Below are positions 57,411 to 64,000 of a DNA stretch of 64,000 nt, in pieces. Position numbers and translations under genes: made by a program. The stretch comes from Phycisphaerales bacterium (lineage in GTDB: Bacteria; Planctomycetota; Phycisphaerae; Phycisphaerales; UBA5793), in assembly GCA_044229655.1 (NCBI GenBank), contig JBGASM010000009.1:31708-95707 (forward strand). The letters are read 5' to 3'. The stretch's first letter is position 1. Every line of letters begins with the position of its first letter. The notes beneath the pieces were generated by a model that saw nothing but the letters and a program-made list of their open reading frames with translations, had not been told where the DNA came from and made no database searches.

Positions 57411-58220
57411 CTAATCCTTCTTGGTTCCGCCCGATGAATCTCCGCTCGTGACGATCTGCGGAATTGACACTTCACCAGTCGCCCCATTGCCGAAGTCGAA
57501 GAACACAGCGCCGTCGGGCGCGGTCATCTGGCGACCTTCTTCCATGCGCTTGCGCATACGCTCTTGGATCTCCGGAGGGAGTCGATTCAACCAATCCTCA
57601 CGCCCGCCACGATTGCCCCGTCCAGGCATCGCAACTCCCCGACGAGTACCGCCCGGAACCGGCGGGCCTCCAAAGATGTTCCCTTCCTCACCGCCGCTCT
57701 CGCCGCCGAATACTCCGGACCCGCCAAAGTGCACTTCGTCAAAGAGGTTCACCGCATACTGACCTCCGCGATACTCAACATGCACTGTCCATGGCGCCTC
57801 TATGGATACCAGGCGAACACCCTGCCCGCTCATACCCGGTTTGAGGAAAACCCCTTCGCCGCCAGCCGGCGCGAAGATCGCCGTCTCACCCAGGAACCCG
57901 ACGAGCGGCGGCCCCTCATACTGCGTCGGAATGACCGGTTCTGATTCGTCGGGCGCCTCGACGCGAGGAGGTTCAGGGGTGACGAACGGACTGCGTCCAT
58001 CGATCATTTTCTGATACCCAGCAAGCATCGACTCGCGCGCCTTTTCTGCCTCTGCCTCACCGGCTGGTGCGGTCTCACCGGGAAGTCCGGGGGTAATTGC
58101 AGCGCTCACGACCGGACCAATGCCCCAGACTCCGACTACCGCAGCCGCAGCCGCGGCGACGACGGCAACTTTGCCCACGCCGCCCAAGGCCGTAAACGCG
58201 CTTGTGATCTGCATTGTCAT
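57411..58220 (-). CDS. Membrane-anchored protein at the GspC position
   Basis: N-terminal TM, RSPF, beta-rich LVGFLGETAIF...GVRLVSIE segment resembling GspC-HR/PilP; Gly-rich tail. Confidence 0.55.
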   Translation of the reverse strand: MTMQITSAFTALGGVGKVAVVAAAAAAVVGVWGIGPVVSAAITPGLPGETAPAGEAEAEKARESMLAGYQKMIDGRSPFVTPEPPRVEAPDESEPVIPTQYEGPPLVGFLGETAIFAPAGGEGVFLKPGMSGQGVRLVSIEAPWTVHVEYRGGQYAVNLFDEVHFGGSGVFGGESGGEEGNIFGGPPVPGGTRRGVAMPGRGNRGGREDWLNRLPPEIQERMRKRMEEGRQMTAPDGAVFFDFGNGATGEVSIPQIVTSGDSSGGTKKD

Positions 58221-58222
58221 GA

Positions 58223-58819
58223 TCAGGACTCCGTATACCAGGATTCCACTTCCATTTTCACCTGCACCTGTCGGCCCGCACGCTTGATTTCCAATCGCGC
58301 AATGCGCGCTATTTTCGGCTGCTTCTCGAAGTCAACCAGTATCTCCGACAAAACGTCCTGTTCGGTCGTAAATTGCACCTCAACCGGCGCGCGGCCGAAT
58401 TTCCTTGATGACGCCCCGCCCGAGCCCGTCATGCGCACCTCCGCAGACGGACGAGGATTCACCGTGGCGGATCCGAGATTAATGTCATGGCCCCCAAGTA
58501 TCGCCCACACCAGTTTCTCCACGTCTGCCTTGCTGTCCTTGCTGATGAGTTCGGGCGTCCCGAAGTAACGGGCCGACTCCGCCGATGCCGCCGATCGTTC
58601 ATGTGCGGTGCGCACGCGCTCAATGCTGGACGCCAGGGAATCCGCCCGGAGTCGAACCTTCGCTGTGTAGTCCATCACCGGTTCCACGACGATCAGATAC
58701 GCGAGGACAAAGAATACCAGCCATGAGACCCACTTGAGGTGCCGTGGCAGCGATGCATAGCGCTCGCGCAGAGCGGCGAACATCGGCGCGCGAGGCGTGC
58801 TGGAGTATGCATCACTCAT
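58223..58819 (-). CDS. GspM/PilO-like inner-membrane platform protein
   Basis: Single TM ending VVEP, coiled coil, ferredoxin-like C-terminus; cluster position. Confidence 0.65.
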   Translation of the reverse strand: MSDAYSSTPRAPMFAALRERYASLPRHLKWVSWLVFFVLAYLIVVEPVMDYTAKVRLRADSLASSIERVRTAHERSAASAESARYFGTPELISKDSKADVEKLVWAILGGHDINLGSATVNPRPSAEVRMTGSGGASSRKFGRAPVEVQFTTEQDVLSEILVDFEKQPKIARIARLEIKRAGRQVQVKMEVESWYTES

Positions 58820-60846
58820 TGATCACCTCCGCCGCGCGGATCTTCCGTCGGCTGATTCGGGTCGCCAAAATCAAATCCTGCTCCCCCGTCGCCGCCAGAA
58901 GAATCCTCAAAGAAGAAATCCTCACCGCCATCGAGCTGCAGGGTCTCCTCCTGCGCATCCGCATCAGCAGGCTGCCGCTCCTCGGCTGTCGGTCTTGGAG
59001 CCGATTTCTCGACAGGCAGCGGCACGGGCGCACCACCCTTGCGCAGATATGCCAGTTGCGCCTTGAGGGCTGACCATTCGCTCTCGATGCGCTGACGGGT
59101 CGCATCGTCCAGCCCTTCGATCTGATAATGCTGAACGCCGCGAGCCTCCAAGGCGCTGGCGATCCCATCCACGTCCAAGGACTTGATCTGGGCTTCGCTC
59201 AACGGACCAGACAGCGACAGGGTTGACTGGGCCGCCGCCGTGTTCGTCCTTCCGAACTGGGGCCGAGTCCGGAGATTTGGGCGATTGGCTGCCGTGACGT
59301 CGCCGCCTTCCTCGCTATCGCCATACAACCTCTCAGAAAGCGACTGCGCAGCGTAGTCCACTGCCGGAGTGGTGGGGGCGAAGGGCGCGACGATCTTGGC
59401 TCGGATGTCAAAGAGGTAGCCGCCGCCCGAGTCCTCTCCGGTGTCCCGAGCCGTCGTCGGCCCGAGTTCGGCCTCGAACACGCCGGTCGCATTTAAGTTG
59501 GAGACAAATGCGTACTTCGCGTCAAGTTCCTGGTATGTCCCGCGAATGCGCACCTCTTCGCCATGAATCAGGCGCAGCTCAGTAATCTGAATGTTGGCGG
59601 GGGACGCGCCACAGACGTCAGCGATGAGTTTGGGCATCGGCCAGCGCTGCTGCTTCATAAGCGCGTAGACGGCTGTGCGCGACTCGAGCTCGTCGGCGTG
59701 TTTCAGAGCATCACTCAGACCGCGGGCCTTGAACGAAAGCACTCCCAGCCGCACACCCTGAACAGCCAACGGGAACATCAGGATCGCCGCCACCGCGATC
59801 GCAGCCACCACTCCCGCACGCCCCGGGGCGCCGAGCCAGTCCACGATGCGCAGCCACGAGGGAGTGTCCGCGATCGGCGGGACATCCTGCAGTTCATAGA
59901 GCCGTCGGCGGGAAGACCCGTTGCCCGAAAGCGCGCCCAACCCGGCGAGAGTGGCCAACCCAAACTCACTCCACCACTGCGGGTCGGTCGGAGCCTGCCC
60001 CAAACCACGCACCCGGGGCACATCACCAATCCCATCCAAGACCCAGCCTGACGCGGATCGCGAAATCCGGCTGGTGATGCCGTCGCGAAGGCGATCCAGC
60101 GCGCCAGCGGGCGCGCCGAGGCTGACTTCAATTTCGGTCAGGCTGCGGGAAATCGCGCTAGCACGCTCAGCGCCGCTGATGCGCAAGGTACGAAATATGG
60201 TCCGTCCTGTGCGTGTCGCAACGACGTCGACGACACCTGCCTCCGCATCGACCGCAGCCGCGGACCCTGTATTTTGCGCCCCGGTGGAACCGGTTCGCCA
60301 TAACAACTCGATGAGTGCGGCCGAAATGCCGGCAAATCGCACATCCGGGCGGCCGGTCAACTTTGAAAGACCGGCCTGCAAAGCGCCGGCTCCAGGATCG
60401 CCGACACCGGGCCAGCCCATCGCGACGACCGCAAATTCTGCGGCCGCGGCGTCAATCGACCACGGCAGCGCGGCTCCGGCCCGCCGATGGGATTCCAAGC
60501 CGCGCGACAGCGAGGCCTCGGTCTGCAGGTCAATGGCGTCGACAAGCGTTGACGCGTCCATGGCGGGCATGGTGAATGTCCGGCTGACGACCCGGCCCGG
60601 CGGCAGGAGCCCCACCACTCGCTCAACCTGGTGCTCCGACACCAGCGCGGACAGATCCGTCATCGTCAGGCCGCCGCGACTCGCCCGCACCGCTGCGCTT
60701 TCGCTGCGCTGCGCGCCGGACACTGACGCCGCCGCGCGTTCCAGCACAACGGCCCGCCAGTGCGGTCCGTCCTGCTGAACCACAACGACGCGGTCCAATG
60801 CGCCCTGCCCGTCGGATTTTCCGTTGAAATCATCCATGAGTCTCAT
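58816..60846 (-). CDS. GspL-like (PilM/PilN-type) protein
   Basis: LLPPGRVVSRTFTMP actin-like motif, TM, PilN-like PANIQITELRL...VRIRG; cluster position. Confidence 0.7.
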   Translation of the reverse strand: MRLMDDFNGKSDGQGALDRVVVVQQDGPHWRAVVLERAAASVSGAQRSESAAVRASRGGLTMTDLSALVSEHQVERVVGLLPPGRVVSRTFTMPAMDASTLVDAIDLQTEASLSRGLESHRRAGAALPWSIDAAAAEFAVVAMGWPGVGDPGAGALQAGLSKLTGRPDVRFAGISAALIELLWRTGSTGAQNTGSAAAVDAEAGVVDVVATRTGRTIFRTLRISGAERASAISRSLTEIEVSLGAPAGALDRLRDGITSRISRSASGWVLDGIGDVPRVRGLGQAPTDPQWWSEFGLATLAGLGALSGNGSSRRRLYELQDVPPIADTPSWLRIVDWLGAPGRAGVVAAIAVAAILMFPLAVQGVRLGVLSFKARGLSDALKHADELESRTAVYALMKQQRWPMPKLIADVCGASPANIQITELRLIHGEEVRIRGTYQELDAKYAFVSNLNATGVFEAELGPTTARDTGEDSGGGYLFDIRAKIVAPFAPTTPAVDYAAQSLSERLYGDSEEGGDVTAANRPNLRTRPQFGRTNTAAAQSTLSLSGPLSEAQIKSLDVDGIASALEARGVQHYQIEGLDDATRQRIESEWSALKAQLAYLRKGGAPVPLPVEKSAPRPTAEERQPADADAQEETLQLDGGEDFFFEDSSGGDGGAGFDFGDPNQPTEDPRGGGDQ

Positions 60847-62369
60847 CGTTCCGTGTAGTCGATCACCGTCACGGGCAGCCGTGAACGATCGATCGTAACG
60901 ACCAATTCAACCTGTGTCATAGCCGGCAGTGCTCGACCCCGGCAGGTCAAGCGATAGACCTGGCTCTGAGTGTCGATGTACGGCGCCATTCCCGCCAACA
61001 CATCCCTGTTCACCTCAATAACACGCTGTAGATCAAGAATGCTCTCCATGCCCTCTGGATTGCTCTCCCGATATGCTTCGATCTCGTCAAGCATCTCAGG
61101 CTCCATCCCCGGCAGAAGTTCAAGGACCTCACGCGATGCCGTGTTCACATTCACCAAGCCAGGCGCCAGCGGCGGAACCGGGCCGATTGTGGCTTCCGCA
61201 AGGACAGCGCGCAACTGGGTTCCAGTCAGATTGCGCACGGTTCCTGACTGTCCCGAGCCGTCATCCTGATCCTCGTCTTGACCGCCACCTTGTCCTTGTC
61301 CATTTCCCCGGCCGTCGCCCGGTCGTCCGCCGCCATCCTGCTGAGCACGCTGCTCGTTCTGTTGCTGATTCTGCCGGCGATTGCGATCGTCTCCTCCGCC
61401 TCCATTGCCTCCGAAGTTCTGGCCGATGATCGGTACCGTGCGGATGATAAACGTAGTTTGTCCGGATTGCGGGTCCGATTCGCCTTGGCCCTGCGCGATC
61501 TGCTGCAACGTCTGCGTCAAGAGGTCCACCATGCGGCTGTCCTCTTTCTTGGCCCATGCCTGCAGAGCTTCCGCCTGCGCCTGATCAACCCCCAGCCGGT
61601 CGCGGATCTCCGAGATTTCCGCGTTCTGGAGATCGACCTTCTCTTGCCCCGATGGCCCGCGCTGTGCCGCCCGGGATGTCGCCGTCAGATACGCGCTCCA
61701 TCCCGCATCAAGGATTCCATCGGAATTGTCCGGCGGCCAGCTGAGTTCACCATCGTCCTCATTGGGATCCAGCACGCCGTTGAGATTCCAATCCTCGGCA
61801 CGCAGCAGTTCGGCTGTGACGCCCTTGACGGCCTCCAGCTCCTGCAGGTTCCGCACCACTTCATTGCGCGGCGCGTATCCCCCGGGCAGTTGGCTGTAAT
61901 ACGAAACTTCCACGCCGTCGGCCCGCTCGTCATCTCCTCCATCCGCCCAGTCGAGAATTGCATTCGCCATGTCCGTCCGGAGGTATTTGATGCGTTCGAG
62001 CATGGCCGCATCGGCCAGGTTGACGTTCAGCCGCGCGTGGCAGTCTTCGGGCCCAGGAACGTTTTTCTCGCCGTCCCAGTGCTCGATCAGGAAGGCTGAC
62101 GACGCCAGCGTGCCTGTGGACAGCGCCTCCATGTCCATGTTGAACTGACGCAAATCGCCCGCGGCGTCCCCTTGCTGCGCGTCCCAGGTGAGGTAGGCAA
62201 TCACGCCCTCAACCCCCGCACGCGCCGCCCATCGTGCACGCACTGTCCCCAGGGCCTCGCGCCCGGCCGCGGCGGCGCGATACGTCGTCATCTGCAGGGA
62301 AACGACCATCACAGTCGTGATAGCCAGCGTCCACAGGACGAGGATGAGCGTGGAGCCGCGCCGCGTCAT
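60843..62369 (-). CDS. gspK: Type II secretion minor pseudopilin GspK
   Basis: RRG/STLILVLW prepilin-like, ARLNVN, AILDWAD, ELEAVKG, VNVNTASREVL. Confidence 0.88.
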   Translation of the reverse strand: MTRRGSTLILVLWTLAITTVMVVSLQMTTYRAAAAGREALGTVRARWAARAGVEGVIAYLTWDAQQGDAAGDLRQFNMDMEALSTGTLASSAFLIEHWDGEKNVPGPEDCHARLNVNLADAAMLERIKYLRTDMANAILDWADGGDDERADGVEVSYYSQLPGGYAPRNEVVRNLQELEAVKGVTAELLRAEDWNLNGVLDPNEDDGELSWPPDNSDGILDAGWSAYLTATSRAAQRGPSGQEKVDLQNAEISEIRDRLGVDQAQAEALQAWAKKEDSRMVDLLTQTLQQIAQGQGESDPQSGQTTFIIRTVPIIGQNFGGNGGGGDDRNRRQNQQQNEQRAQQDGGGRPGDGRGNGQGQGGGQDEDQDDGSGQSGTVRNLTGTQLRAVLAEATIGPVPPLAPGLVNVNTASREVLELLPGMEPEMLDEIEAYRESNPEGMESILDLQRVIEVNRDVLAGMAPYIDTQSQVYRLTCRGRALPAMTQVELVVTIDRSRLPVTVIDYTER

Positions 62370-63196
62370 TCCTCATCCTCTCCACCGGAGGCATCCGGCG
62401 AGGGAAAGAAAAACCCGCTGGTCGAGCCGCCGAACAGATCCAGCTCAATAGTCGCAAAGCCGTCCGTGCCGCGCAGAGTCATTGCACTGTCGAACGCTGT
62501 TATCTCTTGCTCGGTCATGAGTTTCGGAACGCGATCGATCGCCACCGTCATGCGTGCCGTCGCCTCACCGCGTCCGCTGGCCCGCTGCGCAGCGCAGCTG
62601 ATTCGCACGGCAAAAGGCAACCCCCGCTCGTCGCTGTTCCATTCTTCCAGCCAGTTCACTCCGTCGAATGCCTCGAACCGCAACGACACCACGCGCACCG
62701 CAAGCGGAACTGCAACTCCGCCGCCGCGGAGTTCCTCATCGGGCATCATGTCCGCACGCCGCCAGAGGACGCTTGCAAAATCCGGGTCGGCTTCGAGACG
62801 GTATTGCACTTCGTACACACCGGCATCGGGCGAATCCTCTGCCGATCGCACGGGACGTGTGCCGCGCGTGATCATGATGAGTTCATCGCGCTCCTGCTGT
62901 TCCTGCCCGTTCTGTCGGTCATCCGTGATGCGCAGCAGATTCTGCCTGGGGTCTGGGTCGCGCACCACTTGCTCAAGGTCGCGCGCAATCGTCCGCGCCG
63001 CCAGCTGAGCCGCCGCCGTAGCCTCCTCGATATCCCGCGCCCGGGCCCGAACGTCGATCACCCGCCCGATCGCTGCCGACGCCGCCGTGATGAGAAGCGC
63101 CGCAACCACCCCCGCGACAATCAATTCGACAAGGGTCAGGCCGCGCCGTTGGTGCGCATGCCGCCCACTTCTAACAGACTGAGACTCATGCCTCAT
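62366..63196 (-). CDS. gspJ: Type II secretion pseudopilin GspJ-like
   Basis: RRG/LTLVEL prepilin motif, IARDL, EVQYRL, WLEEW...LPFAVRI; start trimmed to MRHESQ. Confidence 0.85.
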   Translation of the reverse strand: MRHESQSVRSGRHAHQRRGLTLVELIVAGVVAALLITAASAAIGRVIDVRARARDIEEATAAAQLAARTIARDLEQVVRDPDPRQNLLRITDDRQNGQEQQERDELIMITRGTRPVRSAEDSPDAGVYEVQYRLEADPDFASVLWRRADMMPDEELRGGGVAVPLAVRVVSLRFEAFDGVNWLEEWNSDERGLPFAVRISCAAQRASGRGEATARMTVAIDRVPKLMTEQEITAFDSAMTLRGTDGFATIELDLFGGSTSGFFFPSPDASGGEDEE

Positions 63197-63648
63197 CGCT
63201 CCACCGCCTTTTCCGGCTCGCGCGACTTGGCGTCCTCTATGTCCGCGCCCGGCAGCTGCTTCGCTGCCAGAAGCGTCTCCATGACTTCCTCCTGCTCCTG
63301 TCCGTCCGCACCATCCCACACGATGTGAGCGCGAACTTTGTATGGCACGCCCACTCCCTGATCCTCAATTTCCAGGTCGTATCGATACGCCTGAAACGGC
63401 GGCTCAAACGTCCCTTGGGCCGGAAACTGTTTCGAATACACATCAGGACCTAACGCCGCAACTTCGGCCAGCAGTCCATCCGCCAGCATCGCGACTTCCT
63501 GCATCCGTGTTCCCGTTCGCTGCGCTTCGAGGCACCGCCCGGCAATTCCCAGGATCACAACCAGCGCAACCGACAGGAGCACCCCGCCCACCACCGCATC
63601 GATGAGCGCAAACCCGCCCCGCCGACTTCGCACACTGCGCTTCACCAC
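63193..63648 (-). CDS. Type II secretion pseudopilin GspI-like
   Basis: RRGG/FALIDAVV prepilin-like N-terminus and hydrophobic helix; YRYDLEI, YKVRAHIVW. Confidence 0.75.
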   Translation of the reverse strand: MVKRSVRSRRGGFALIDAVVGGVLLSVALVVILGIAGRCLEAQRTGTRMQEVAMLADGLLAEVAALGPDVYSKQFPAQGTFEPPFQAYRYDLEIEDQGVGVPYKVRAHIVWDGADGQEQEEVMETLLAAKQLPGADIEDAKSREPEKAVER

Positions 63649-64000
63649 GGCCGCTCCCCCTCCCCTGCTTCATCCAGATCCACCGGCTGCAAACGTTCGC
63701 TCCAGCCGCCTGAGCGCCCGTCCGAGTACGCCCGCATCGCCAGTGTGGACTGGGGAAGGAGCAGGATGATCGCTTGCTTGCCCTCCGGCCTCCGTGGATC
63801 GGCCATCCATGTCACCATCAATTCGATCCTTGGCCGCTGCACATCCAGGGGAATCTCCACACGGAAAGGCGGCTCCATCTCCTGTCCATCGATACGAATC
63901 GACTCCAGCACGATGTCCGCATCGAACTCCACCGGCTCAACCAGCAAATCCGGACTCCAGGTTGCCCGCCCCTCTTCCCGCGGATCCGCCACGAGCAGAT
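63642..64000 (-). CDS. C-terminal part of a probable pseudopilin (GspH-like); 5' end outside window
   Basis: Frame open to the window edge; overlaps the GspI-like start; assigned by position only. Confidence 0.5.
   Translation of the reverse strand, partial: LLVADPREEGRATWSPDLLVEPVEFDADIVLESIRIDGQEMEPPFRVEIPLDVQRPRIELMVTWMADPRRPEGKQAIILLLPQSTLAMRAYSDGRSGGWSERLQPVDLDEAGEGERPW

Noticed and set aside
1-64000. Mobile elements, prophage or defence systems, rRNA/tRNA, recoding
   Set aside because: No transposase, integrase, phage, cas or toxin-antitoxin motifs recognised, and no evident frameshifted genes; a visual scan could miss small elements.

Overview
High-GC bacterial chromosomal DNA. Gene content suggests Planctomycetota, probably Phycisphaerae; this is inference. 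From left to right: the promoter-proximal S10 ribosomal protein operon (rpsJ-rplC-rplD-rplW-rplB-rpsS-rplV, minus strand, cut at the left edge); secreted proteins (FG-GAP propeller, alpha/beta hydrolase, SGNH hydrolase); long-form nagB; a small GbsR/MarR-type regulon; hrpA; a divergent 6-deoxyhexose (L-rhamnose/L-fucose) cluster with ABC transporter, two class II aldolases, kinase, DeoR regulator, lutABC and GH29 fucosidase; lysS; a sulfotransferase; mntH with a USP domain; a DUF1800/DUF1501 pair; NUDIX; a nucleotide-sugar dehydrogenase; xdhC; tsaD; a tandem-HxlR/VOC pair; pdhABC; a metallophosphoesterase; and a type II secretion-like cluster cut at the right edge. I saw no tRNA, rRNA, CRISPR array or transposase. 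The most striking observation is missing from the ORF track: ribosomal protein L22 carries an in-frame N-terminal XRE/Cro helix-turn-helix domain. The same operon has a 334-nt hairpin-rich rplC-rplD spacer ending in a terminator-like hairpin. Together these may point to an unusual ribosomal-operon control circuit. Candidate operators are also readable: a duplicated GbsR-type box, a DtxR/MntR box, a Rex-like box and an HxlR-type box. All family calls are by motif recognition; no searches were run.
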